This document shows positions 1 through 24,382 of a stretch of 64,000 nt of DNA, one piece after another. This stretch comes from the human T2T-CHM13v2.0 reference genome, Homo sapiens. Location of the stretch: NCBI RefSeq assembly GCF_009914755.1, contig NC_060936.1. One strand, given 5' to 3'. Each line of letters starts with the position of its first letter. The stretch's first letter is position 1. A model generated the notes under the pieces. The model did no database searches and was not told where the DNA came from. It saw nothing but the letters and a program-made list of their open reading frames with translations. The position numbers were made by a program, and so were the translations under genes.

Positions 1-62
1 CCGTGACACGAGTTTACCTGTATAACAAAACTGCACATGGACCCCTGAACCTAAAATAAAAG
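1..62 (+). mobile_element. LINE-1 3' end fragment
   Basis: gtttacctgtataacaaaactgcacatggacccctgaacctaaaataaaagtt is a typical primate L1 3' terminus. Confidence 0.75.
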
Positions 63-492
63 TTAAGAAAAGAAAACCTTGACAGATAGAGCCAGGAAAG
101 GCCATGCAGAGAAGGTTCTTGTGCTTGTATGCCTGATAACAAAAATGATCATAGAAGCCTGCAAAAACCACAGCCTTGCACAAGCCCTTTTGTGTAAGAC
201 CATCACAACCTTACACAAAAAAATACTCCTGCAGGGACGTCTGCCCAGCAACTGCCTGTGCAACTTTGGACTGGTGTCACTTTTGTTATTGATCTTTGTA
301 GCCAAGGATAATTATTTCTAAGCAATTATGTAATCCTCCTCATGTTTTTTTCCTTGAAGAACCCTTGTCTTCTTTTACCTCTCTGCATGCACACATAGTT
401 TACTATGCCGTGCATATTTTCATTACAATGCGTTGCTCCCAGAAAACATCTTTTCTTCTGGAGAGAGCCTCTCTCTGTTATTTACATTGACA
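63..492 (+). mobile_element. ERV1-class solo LTR (subfamily not assigned)
   Basis: LTR-like sequence (caaaaaccacagccttgcacaag...gccaaggataattatttc...ttatttacattgaca) ending in CA. Confidence 0.6.
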
Positions 493-515
493 ATGTCAAT
501 AGTGCTGACTGTGAG

Positions 516-899
<384 letters not shown>

Positions 900-936
900 T
901 TATAAGAATTTTTATTGTTTATTTGGTAAGTCCAGA

Positions 937-1465
<529 letters not shown>

Positions 1466-1827
1466 CAGGGGAAGGCATGGCCTTTCAAGGTTGGGTTTAT
1501 GGTGCAAATATCTCATCAAAGATCAGGCTGTGCCTGTGCTTCCACTCCGTCACCCTTAGTATGTTGGTTTTAGTCTTCAGGCTTATTGCCTCATGGCAGC
1601 AAGATGGCTGCCACAGCTCCAGCTATCACATCCTTGATGCAAAAGGAGAGAGAAGGAAAAGAAAAAGAACTCCTTGTGCAGGTCTCTTGTTCAGGGGAAA
1701 AAAAACCTTTCTTAGAAGCCCCCCAGCAGATTTTTCTTAATCTCATCGACCAGCAGTAAATCTCATGCTCACTTCCAGACCAATGATTGGCAAAAGGTAA
1801 TGTAATTGTCAGGTGTACTAGATCAAA

Positions 1828-2265
1828 TAGTGTCTCCTCCAAAAGTTCTTCTCCACCTGCAACGTGTGGGTGTGACCTTATTTGGAAATCGGGTCTTTGC
1901 AGGTGTAAGCAAGTTAACATGAGGTCGCACTGGATTAGGATGGATCTTAAGCAGTGACTAGTGTCCTTATAAGAAGAGGGGAATTTGGACACAGATATAC
2001 ACAGAGGGAGGACAGCTATGTGAAGATGGGGCAGATTGGAGTTGCACTGCTCAAGCCAAGGAACAGCAAGGATTGCCAGCTACCACCAGGAGCTAAAAAA
2101 GGCAAAGAAGAATTGTTCCCTAGGGCCTTTGGAGGGAGCATGGCCCTACTGACATCTTGACTTCAGGCTTCTAGTCTCAAGAACCATGAGAGAAGATATT
2201 GTTTCTGTTGTTTTAAGCCACCCAGTTGTTGGTAATTTGTTACAGCAGCCTAGGACGTGAATATA
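1828..2265 (+). mobile_element. MLT1 (MaLR) LTR
   Basis: gtgaccttatttggaaatcgggtctttgcag ... ttttaagccacccagttgttggtaatttgttacagcagccta. Confidence 0.8.
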
Positions 2266-2274
2266 CCATATGTA

Positions 2275-2328
2275 TTAGGTTGGTGCAAAAGTAATTGCGG
2301 TTTTTACCATTAAAAGTAACGGCAAAAA
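2275..2328. mobile_element. Truncated MADE1 (Hsmar1-derived mariner MITE)
   Basis: TA + ttaggttggtgcaaaagtaattgcggtttttaccattaaaagtaacggcaaaaa; the distal part of the second TIR is missing. Confidence 0.88.
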
Positions 2329-2531
2329 TTAGCCATTGGTCTGGAGGTGAGCATGTGACCTATTGCTGGTCAATGAGATTAAGAAAAATCTGCTGGGGGG
2401 CTTCTAAGACAGGTTTTTCCCCTGGACAAGAGACCTACACCAGGAAATCTTTTCCTTTTCCTTCTCTCTACTTTTGCATTGAGGATCTGATATCTGGAGG
2501 ACAAAAAAATCTAGTTAGTTAGAATTAGTTA

Positions 2532-2826
2532 GGCCAGCTGGTCACAGTGGCTCATGCCTGTAACCCAGCACTTTGGGAGGCTGAGATCACTTGAGCTCAG
2601 GAGTTCAAGACCAGCCTTGCCAACATGGTGAAACCCTGTCTCTACCATACAAAAATTAGCCAGGTGTGGTGGTGTGTGCCTATAATCCCAGCTACTCGGG
2701 AGACTGAGGCACATGAATCACTTGAACTCAGGAGGCATAGTTTACACTGAGCCAGATCGCACCACTGCACTCCAGCCTGGGCAACCGAGTTAAACTGTGT
2801 CTAAAAAAAAAAAAAAAAAAAAAAAA
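2532..2826 (+). mobile_element. Alu with long A-tail
   Basis: Alu consensus with an internal deletion in the left arm. Confidence 0.92.
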
Positions 2827-2860
2827 TAGTTAGGCTATGAATAGCCCAAAACACTCAAAC

Positions 2861-3359
2861 TGATGCAGGGCAGGCAAGTCCCAAAGTGGGGCTTAGCCTG
2901 CAAGGGTTCTTGGCTTCACCCAGGAAGGAATTCAAGGGTGAGCTAGTTGTAGGGTAGAAGAAAACAGCTTTATTGAAGCAGCAGGGTTACCGCCCTGGCA
3001 GGGTTACAGCTCAATGACTGCTCCTGCAGAGCAGGGCCACCCCATAGGCAGTGTGCTGACAGCAGCAGATCAGGGCATCTCTGCAATCAGATTTGTACCT
3101 ACTTTTAATTACATGTGGACTAAGGGGCAGTTTATGCAGTAATTTCTAAGAAAAGGGTGACAGCTTTTGAGTCTTTGGGTCATTGCCATGGAAAGGGGCA
3201 GTAACTCCCGGGTGTTGCCATGGCAATGGTAACTGACATGGCACTGTGGTGGTGTTTCTTATGGAAAGCGGCTTCTACCCCATCCCTGTGTTGGCTAGTC
3301 CTCAGTTTGGTCCAGTGTCCGAGCCCTGCCTCTGGACTTTAGTCTTGCCTCCTACCCCA
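2861..3359 (-). mobile_element. ERV1 solo LTR (MER66-like; subfamily uncertain)
   Basis: TG...CA termini with 4-bp TSD aaac; ctttattgaa reads as a reverse poly(A) signal. Confidence 0.75.
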
Positions 3360-3945
3360 AAACCTCAGTGGCTTAAATGAGATAGGATGTAGTTCCCTCT
3401 CATATATACAAAGAGTGAGGAAGGTGATGTAGCTACATAGACATCAGGGTAACAGGGTCCTTCGATTTTGTTCTTCCACCAGCATTCCACACTGTCTCGT
3501 GATCTGAGATGGCTGCTTGAATGCCTGTCACACTTTTACATTCCCAGAATTACCATTTAACACTTTCATGTAGACTTCATATGTCAGAACTTAGTCATGT
3601 GGCCTCGCCTAGCTGCATAGACTGCTGGGAAATGTAGTCTTTTGGCGAGACATCAATGTGCCTACCTAATATATACGGGAGGTCTGTTATTAAAACGGAA
3701 GGGAAGAACAGAAGGTCTCTGCTTCACCATTATGGCCTTAAATCAGAGATTGACAAACTGTGGGCTGTGGCCAAATTCATACTTCCATCTGTTTGTTTGT
3801 TTTTAATTGGAATTTTTATTGAGATACAGTAGTCCCCCCCAACCAAGGGACATATGTGCCAAGACCCCAGTGGGTGCAGAAACTGAGGATAGTACCAAGC
3901 CCTATATATATCTATACTATGTTTTTCCTATACGTACATGTCTAT

Positions 3946-4398
3946 TGTGAAGGGAAAATAAAAACTTGGGACCCCAATTCACTACGCCGAAAGAAAAAAA
4001 ATAAGCTGGAAGCTGAGTCATGCAAGAAGCTGCCTTTCTGTTAGTTCCTAAGCAGAGAGCTACAGATACAAGGTTAAATATCCCCCCAGTCAGTACTCTA
4101 TGTTCACCTTATCTATGTAAAGTGCCGATTTACTAAGCACGATACATCATGTAATTGACTATTCCCCTACGTGCTCCTTTTGTCTTACAACCTGTGGATG
4201 ACCTTATCCTCCCTCTTTCCCTTCCAGCCCACTTCTCCTCTTTCAATATCGAAGCCCTCAAAGTCATCTTTGGAGAAAGGCAAAGACCACAGACTGTTTC
4301 TGTGATTCCATGTTTATTGCTTGCTGGCATGTCCTTAACCTTGGCAAAATACACTTCTAAATGGATTGAGACATGTCTCAGATACTTTTTGGTTTACG
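3946..4398 (+). mobile_element. MER4-group (MER4D-like) ERV1 solo LTR
   Basis: tgtgaagggaaaataaaaacttgggaccccaattcac ... tactttttggtttacg; TSD ctat/ccat inside MER44. Confidence 0.82.
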
Positions 4399-4723
4399 CC
4401 ATGATAAAGTTTAATTTATAAATTAGTCACAGTAAAAGATTAATTGCAATAATAAAATAGAACAATTATAGCAATATGCCAGCATCACCGCTCTTGGGCT
4501 TTGGGGCCATTATTAAGGAAAATAAGGGTTACTCGAACACAAGCACTGCAATACTTCAATAGTCAACCTGATAACCAAGATGGCAGCTAAGTGGCTAATG
4601 GACTGGTAGCATCTATGGCATGGATGTGCTGGAAAGAGGGATGACACACATCCTAGGTAGGATGGAGCAATGGAGCAGGGTGACGAGAGATTTCATCACT
4701 ATTCAGAATACTGCACAATTTAA

Positions 4724-4726
<3 letters not shown>

Positions 4727-4772
<46 letters not shown>
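4727..4772. repeat. (AT)23 microsatellite at the tail of an antisense Alu (~4773-5070)
   Basis: Perfect AT run followed by a T-run and Alu sequence. Confidence 0.95.
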
Positions 4773-4786
<14 letters not shown>

Positions 4787-4788
4787 GA

Positions 4789-5133
<345 letters not shown>

Positions 5134-5776
5134 TGAAATCTTGGAAAGTGAAACCGTAGGTAAAGGGGGACTACTGTAATTATAGATTTATGTGCAATTT
5201 TAGAAGTAATATGGAGAGACCCCTAGACATTGCCCAATTTTCCCAATGGTAATATTTTACAAAACTGTAGTATAATATCAGAACCAGGATATTGATCCAC
5301 TGATCTTACGCAGATTTCCTCAGGTTCACTTATACTCTTGGGTGTGTGTGTGTATGGTAAGTTCCATACCATTTTATTGCCTGTGTAGATTCATGTATCC
5401 ACTCCCACAGTAAAGACACTGATTCCATGGTATGGCTGTATCATAGTTCGTTCAACCATTCACCCATTGAAGAATGTCTGAATCATTTACAGTTTTTGGC
5501 TATGAGAAATAAAACTGCTGTGAACATTTGCATACAGGTTTTTGTGTGAACATAAGTTTTCCTTTTTCTGGGATAAATGCCCAGGAATGCAATTGTTGGG
5601 TCATATGATAGTTGCATGTTTAGTTTTCTAAGAAACTGCCAAACAGTTTTCCAGACTAGCTGCACCATTGTGCATTCCTACCAGCAATGTATGTGTATGA
5701 TCCTGTTTCTCCACATCCTCTCCAGCATTTGATGTCACTATTTTATATTTTAGCCATTCTGATAGGTATATAGTGA

Positions 5777-12748
<6,972 letters not shown>

Positions 12749-13430
12749 GAAGCATTATTCTCAATAGCCAAAAGATGGAAGCAACTCAAGTGCCCATCAA
12801 TGTCTGTAAAATAAGGACCGTTTTTTAATAGATGAATTGAGAAACAAATTTTAGTCTATCCATACAATGGAATATTATTCAGCCATGAAAAGGAATCAAG
12901 TATTGATACCTGCTGGAACGGGATGAGCCTGGAAAAGATTAACTGAATGAAAGAAGCTAGACACAAAAGGTCACATACTATATGATTCCATCTATATGAA
13001 ATGTCCAGAATAGAGAAATCTACAGAGACAGAAAGCACAATGATGATTGCCCAGGAAGGACTGGAGGTGATGGCTAAAGTGAGTAGGGTTTCTTTTGGGG
13101 GGTGATGAAAGTATTCTAAAATTGTGGCAATGGTGACATATATCTGTGCATACTCTAAAATACATTGAATTGTATGCTTTCAATGGGTGAATGGTGCAGT
13201 ATGTGTATTATATTTCAATAAAGCTGTTGTAAAATATGATCTCATTTATTATTTCAAGAACAGTGGAGGTACCTTTAGGTGTTTTAAATAGGGAAATGTC
13301 CTGATCTGATTCACTTTTCCAAAAGCTCTCTGGCAGCTCTGTGATTCATTGGCAGGAGCAACAATTGAGATGGGGAGACCAGTGGGGAGGTTCTGCAGTG
13401 GGCTAGACTCCATGACGGTGCCTTGGATTT

Positions 13431-13661
13431 AGGGGGTTGTCAGATTTAGCAAAGAGAAATACAGGATGCCCAGTTAAATTTGAATTTCAGATAAGCAAAG
13501 AATATTTTTAGTATAATATATCCCAAATATTGCATAGGACAAAATTATTCTTTGCTTATCTAAAATTTAAATTTTGCATGGGTATACTTACACTAAAATA
13601 ATTCATTGTCTGTCTGAAATTCCATTTTAACTATGTGTCTTGCATTTTACCTGGTGACCTT
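13431..13661 (+). mobile_element. MER53 hAT-type MITE
   Basis: gggttgtcagatttagcaaagagaaatacaggatgcccagttaaatttgaatttcagata ... tcttgcattttacctggtgacct; ends are imperfect inverted repeats. Confidence 0.78.
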
Positions 13662-13724
13662 CCTTGGACTAGGATGGTGGTGAGGGAGATAGAGAGAAGA
13701 GAAGTGAACAGATTGAAGATACAG

Positions 13725-17800
<4,076 letters not shown>

Positions 17801-18760
17801 GAAATCCTGGAAATCCAGGACATTGTAAACCGCTCCCTGTTCTCCCAAGAGCTGGAAATATGACTGCCTTAGGCCAATCAGATGGTCCTCCAGGAGAGTG
17901 GTTCTCAAACTGGGTTATGCATCAGAATTACAGGGAGGGATTGTTAAAATCAAAATTGCTGGGGTTGGACCCCTAGCGTTTCCAATTTAGTGGTCTGGGC
18001 TGAGAATTTGCATTCCAAACAAGCTCCCAGGTATTGCTGGTTCAGGGGCTACATTCTGAGAACCTCTGCTCTCGGAATTTGAATCCTAGGAAATGAAAGA
18101 CAGGCAGCGATCCCATCCTACAGAGATGGTTCACAGTTCCCATGATGAAATCCCTAAATCTGATCTGGTTCTTGGCATTCCAAGGGTCTGGTTATTCCTC
18201 TTTTTGTTTAACTTGGTGAGCCATCCTCTGAGTTTAATTCCCTTTTTCTTAAGGTAGAAAGACTTGGCGTCTGTTGCTTGCAAACAAAGAACTTTAACAG
18301 ATTGAGCTTGCAAAAGTATACCCTCAATGTGATAAAAGGTGGGGCCCTGTGGAATACAAGACTTACAGAGCACAGGTTAGATGCAATCTCTATCTGCCAA
18401 GACTGTATTAATGTGGATCATAGACATCATTTATTAAAAGCCTACATTATGTTTTATGGATGCTAAGAGTTTTATAGGCATTTTATCAGTCTTACAGTTA
18501 TTCTGAAAGAAAGATATTTCTATCTTTACTTTTCATTTGAGGAAATGGAGGTCCAGGAATTTACTACTGGAAAGATATAAAATCAACATAAATATAGTCA
18601 GTGAATGGTAGGCAATACTAAAAAAAAAGACAATATTTTCCTTCTTCTTAGCATGCTTCTCTCTCTCTCTCTTTTTCATTTTCTCTGGGTGACTAATGGT
18701 CCCATTAGCCTGCCTGCACTGTCCCTGTAAAAGTTCTTTTAAAGGGGCAACAGGAAACAT

Positions 18761-19149
<389 letters not shown>

Positions 19150-19369
19150 TTAATTCCAGTTTGCTTTCTGTTTTAAGTGTTAGATGGTCCATAAAATCTA
19201 GAGATACCAGAAAAGTGATATTTGGCTTTTGACTTGCAAGTAGATAATCAAAGTAAGTATGACCTTTGGATTTCACATGGAAGGCACATGGGATGAATGG
19301 GATGCTAGCGGAATGGGGAAAAATTAGCTCGTTTTTATTTTTATTACAATAATATTTATTGGCAGCAGC

Positions 19370-19753
19370 CACTGATGAGCAGCAGCCATGTTTCTGTGGT
19401 CTCCCATGTCTGTGGGTCTCAGTGAGGGCCACAAGGTGAGGACCAAGAATGTGAGCAAGCATGGCCACTGCTGCCACCGCAGGCACCCCACCAAGCACAG
19501 AAAGTTCGTGTGGGACATGATGTGAGAGGTGTGTGGCTTTGTTCTATATAAGTGATGCACCTTGGAATTGTTCAAGGTCTCCAAGAAAAAGTGGACCCTC
19601 AAGTTCATCAAGAAGAGAGCGGGGACACACATCTGCACCATAAGAAGTGAGAGGAGCTGGGCAATATCTTGACCTCCAGGAAGCGAATGGCTGCCAAGAA
19701 GAACTGAGACTTCTTCCCCTTCTGTGTATAATAAAACCTTTACGGAAAAAAAA
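19370..19753 (+). pseudogene. RPL36P15: Processed pseudogene of ribosomal protein L36 (eL36)
   Basis: gagcagcagccATG at 19388, then [24 protein letters not shown]...[46 protein letters not shown], colinear with RPL36 ([23 protein letters not shown]...). Intronless; in-frame TGA at 19523 and 19553; frameshift near the 3' end; AATAAA at 19730; A-tail remnant 19746-19753. The RPL36 parent is confident; the P15 number is from memory. Confidence 0.92.
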
Positions 19754-20422
19754 GAGAATGCTTACTTGTATTGGATGCTTATGTTCCATCTTGCATCACT
19801 TCACTCATCTTTTACCTTAGTCACTGCTGTAGCAACTGGCTTTGTGCACGTGTAACCTGACAGTCGTTCCTGTTAGCTGCACAGTGTACCTCCTGCTTTT
19901 TGCCCCAGAGCATCTCTGCTGCCTTGGTACGGAACATCCATGATAATCCGTTTACTTATACCCAATCTAGAAGTGGGAGGTTGTTAAAGCTCCTTGGCTT
20001 AGCCTTTCTCTAGTAGGGGATGAGAGTCACTGGACAAATGCTTTCCTCTTCTGGCTCTTATCTCTTGGGAGGACAATTCTGAGCTGTGTTCTAAGGCTCC
20101 TTAGAAGGTGCTAATGGAATGAGCCTAAATTGCCACAGTAGGACCAACTCAGAGATGCTCTTTCTTTTTTTTGTTTTTTTGAGACAGAGTCTCGCACTGT
20201 CGCCCAAGCTGGAGTGTAGTGGTGTGAATATACGCCCAACCATATACTCTAATTTTCTACAGTGAAGGTTGTCCAAGCCTGGTTTCCCACAGTAAGCAAG
20301 CCTGAGCCCTGGGTTTGTAGGCAGCTAGTTTATTTACAGAAGTGATTCTAGAGAAGAGGCCTGAGAGACTAAGAAGAGTTAGACAAGGAATAAGGGACAG
20401 TTAATTGCAAGAGCATCTTTGA

Positions 20423-20742
20423 GCCTGGAGTGGTGGCTCACACCTGTAACCCCAGCACTTTGGGAGGCTGAGGTGGGTGGATCACTTGAGGTCAGGAGTT
20501 CAAGACTAGTCTGGCCAACATGGTGAAACCCTATCTCTACTAAAAATACAAAAACTTAGCCAGGTGTGGTGGCGGGCACCTGTAGTCCTAGCTACTCAGG
20601 AGGCTGAGGCAGGAGAATGGCGTGAACCCGGGAGGCGGAGCTTCCAGCGAGCCGAGATCGCGCCACTGCACTCCAGCCTGGGCAACAGAGCGAGACTCCG
20701 TCTCAAAAACAAAACAAACCAAACAAACAAACAAACAAAAAA
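20423..20742 (+). mobile_element. Alu element
   Basis: Full dimer with (CAAA)n tail. Confidence 0.93.
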
Positions 20743-21149
20743 CCATTTATTGAGCATGTATTAATCACCAGTCTCAAAGCTAAGAGTTGCCAATCTAGAA
20801 GGGAAGGGATATATATATACATAAAAATAAAATTACAAATTGTGTTATGTATTATGATGAGAAGTACAGGATGCTGTGAGAATGAGTAACAGGGATACCT
20901 GATGTTTCTTGAGTGGAGGTTGGAAGATTAAGTGAAATGTGAGTTGAGATATGAAAGATGTGTAGGAGTTAACCAAGTCAAGGTGGGGGGAAAAGTTCCC
21001 TGCTGAGGGAATATCAGGTGCAAAGAAAACATTTTTAAGTGGAACGCCATCGTATGTCATTTTCTTTCCCATCTTAAAGCCCTTGGATTTCCTTCTGGAA
21101 ATCTCTCTCCTAAGATCTGACCTTCCCTTGGCTGGTTTCTCTTTCAGAT

Positions 21150-21565
21150 TTTTTAAAAAAATTTTTTATTTCCACAGGTTATTGGGAACAGGTGGTATTT
21201 GGTTACATGAGTAAGTTCTTTAGTGGTGATTTGTGAGATTTTGGTGCACGCATCACCCGAGCAGTATACACTGAACCCAAGTTATAGTCTTTTATCCCTC
21301 CCCACCTTCCCACCCTCCCCTCGTCCCCCTCCCCTGTTCCAAAGTCCCATAAGTCATTCTTATGCTTTTGCATCCTCGTAGCTTAGCTCCCACTTATATG
21401 TGAGAACATACGATGTTTGGTTTTCCATTCCTGAGTTACTTCACTTAGAATAATAGTCTCCAATCCCATCCAGGTTGCTACGAATGCCATGAATTCATTC
21501 CTTTTTTATGGCTGAGTAGTATTCCACCATATGTATATATCAGTTTCTTTATCCACCTGTTGATT
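21150..21565 (-). mobile_element. L1P 3' UTR fragment
   Basis: gagaacatacgatgtttggttttccattcctgagttacttcacttagaataat... matches the antisense primate L1 3' UTR. Confidence 0.85.
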
Positions 21566-21869
21566 CTCTTTTAGATTTTAATTTAAATAACATCTTAAAC
21601 AGACTTTCACTATCAATCCTTACTCCCCTTACCTTACCTTATTTTGTTTTCTTCCTAATACCTATCACTGATTTAAATGTTCATATTTCTTTGTTTAAAG
21701 TCTCCCTACTTAAACGCATGCTCCAAGACGTCAGAGTTTTTGTTTTGTTTTACAGATTTAAATGCTGAATTCTTGGTGCCTGGCATATAGTAGTTGCTGA
21801 ATGAATGTTTGTTGAATGAAGGAACAATGCTTGGCGCAAAGTCAGAGCTTAGCAAAAGTGATAGGCAGC

Positions 21870-22500
21870 AGAGCTGACGGGCTGAGGGGCAGCTGCGTAA
21901 ACCTCTGCTTTGGGCGCCACAAGCCACAAGCCGGACCACCACGTGCGTACAGGGGCAGCGCCGGGGGCGTGGCGGGGGCGTGGACGCCCACCCGGAACCC
22001 TAGAGCGGCGGCGGCAGCGGCTTCCGGCCGCGGCGGACACTTCCCTGGGCGGGACTGTCTCGTGGCACCCGGTGGAACCGAGGAGAACGTGGAGCGCCGG
22101 GAGCGGCGAATATGGACGACTACAGCCTGGATGAGTTCCGTCGGCGCTGGCAGGAGGAGCTGGCGCAGGCCCAGGCGCCGAAGAAGCGGCGACGGCCCGA
22201 GGCTGCCGAGAGGCGGGCTCGGCGGCCGGAGGTGGGCTCCGGGCGCGGCGAACAGGCCTCGGGGGACCCGGCGCTGGCCCAGGGTCTCCTGGAGGGCGCG
22301 GGGAGGCCCCCGGCGGCGCGGGCGACTCGGGCCGAGGGGCAGGACGTAGCGAGCCGCTCACGTTCTCCTCTGGCCCGCGAGGGCGCCGGGGGCGGGGAGC
22401 AGCTGGTGGACCAGCTCATCCGCGACCTGGTGAGTGGCCGTCGCCTCCCCCCCGCCCATGCCTGCGCCGGCCCCCGCCCCCAGGACAAACCCCTGCAGTG
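21870..22500 (+). promoter_or_regulatory. FBXW8: CpG-island, TATA-less promoter and 5' UTR of FBXW8
   Basis: Only CpG-dense, GC-rich stretch in the window. E-box CACGTG at 21940-21945; perfect 11-bp tandem CGGGGGCGTGG x2 (SP/KLF boxes) at 21962-21983; ETS-type CTTCCGG at 22021-22027; GGGCGGG near 22046. Exact TSS cannot be determined from sequence. Confidence 0.9.
22112..22429 (+). CDS. FBXW8: FBXW8 coding exon 1 (aa 1-106; low-complexity N-terminus containing PKKRRRP)
   Basis: ATG at 22112 with A at -3 and G at +4, inside a CpG island. Translation MDDYSLDEFRRRWQEELAQAQAPKKRRRPE...EQLVDQLIRDL matches the FBXW8 N-terminus as I recall it. Ends at donor CTG|GTGAGT (GT at 22430), 318 nt, phase 0. 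Internal alternative donor GAG|GTGGGC after 22231. Confidence 0.97.
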
Positions 22501-22594
22501 ATTTGGAGAGTAACTGTGTGCCACTAGTTGCCCGAGAAAATGAGTAGACGCACAAACACCAATGTTTGTGCTTGCATAGGGGTCTTTCTGGAAG

Positions 22595-22812
22595 CAGCAC
22601 TTCCCAACCAGGGCGATTTTGTTCCCCCAGATGTGGCAGTGTCTGCAGACATTTTTGGGTGCCTCATCGGGGTGTGTATGTGTGCATGTTACTGGGCATC
22701 TAGTGGGTAGAGGCCAGAGATGCTCCTGAACATCCTACAGTGTGCAGGACACCACGCACAAAAAAATTATCCAGGACAAAATATCAGTAAGTGTGGGGTT
22801 GAGAAATCCTGC
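22595..22812 (+). mobile_element. MER20 hAT MITE
   Basis: gggcgattttgttccccc...ctgggcatctagtgggtagaggccagagatgctcctgaacatcctacagtg...gttgagaaatcctg. Confidence 0.82.
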
Positions 22813-23180
22813 TCTTGAAGGCTACCTAAACTTTGAACAAAGGTTGCCTTTGAAAAGGAGGACCCAGATGATGGATAGGAAGTAATTTTACCTTTGTATA
22901 CTGTTTGCACTATTTAATTTTTGTAACCGTGCACGTATTCAAAAAAATTATCTCAGAAAAAAAGGAAGAAGAGGAGGAAGAATCTCCTGGGCACTTTCAT
23001 TAGGATAGAGTTTCTTATCTTTTTGTGGGGCGTGGATACCTTGGAGAATCTGGAGGAAGCTGGGGACCCTGTGTCCGTTAAAAATAATCCCCTTCAGAAA
23101 GTTGGGAAAATCAAGAACACCTGAAATGCATCCGTGGCTCCCAGGTTAAGAGGACAAGGCTCCAGGTTCTAATGGTTTGA

Positions 23181-23833
<653 letters not shown>

Positions 23834-24382
23834 CGAGAATAATTCTTTTAAGTGGCAAGCTGTTTCAAGAAATAATGGCCTATTATTTTATGTAATATGT
23901 AGTTTACTCAAATAGCATTAATAGCTACTATTTGAGTTTTTACCAAGTGTTTAGTCCTGTGCTCTGCCCTAATTCGAATATAACAATCCTGTGAGGTAGA
24001 TTTTAACTCTCCTTTTACAAATGAAGAAACTCAGAGATTCTCTGTAACTTGCCCAGCATTACCCCACTGATAGATTCTGGGGATTGAATTTGGATCCAGG
24101 TCTTTTCAACTCCAAGCTTCACCACGTGAACTTGAGTTGGCATAAGAATCACTTGAGGCTTGGTTATAATATAGGTTCTGGGCCCTCCCCAGACCTGCTA
24201 ACTCCATCACCAGGGAAGGGGCCCTGAAATCTGATGACTGGTATGATCAGGCAAGTTTAAGACATTATACTCTACTGTATAGCCTCCTTTGGTTTAAGGT
24301 CCTGATTCTCAAGGCTTTCCATTTGTAACACCTTAGAGGTATAGGCATTGATGCCAAAAATAGTAAAGAAGCAAATCATGTA

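Larger units (their letters stand above)
1617..2499. repeat. Inverted repeat, arms ~1617-1785 and ~2334-2499
   Basis: Arms are reverse complements including a perfect 37-nt block (1710-1746 vs 2373-2409). ORFs 1591..1992(-) and 2295..2522(+) share the peptide YCWSMRLRKICWGASK. Confidence 0.92.

Noticed and set aside
22430-22501. C-terminal 23 aa of the 129-aa ORF 22112..22501
   Set aside because: Read-through past the GTGAGT donor into intron 1.
21816-22600. Long overlapping ORFs around the promoter (177 aa +, 170 aa -, 134 aa -)
   Set aside because: Pro/Arg/Gly/Ala-rich products expected from stop-poor CpG-island sequence; several lack a true ATG; no recognisable domain.
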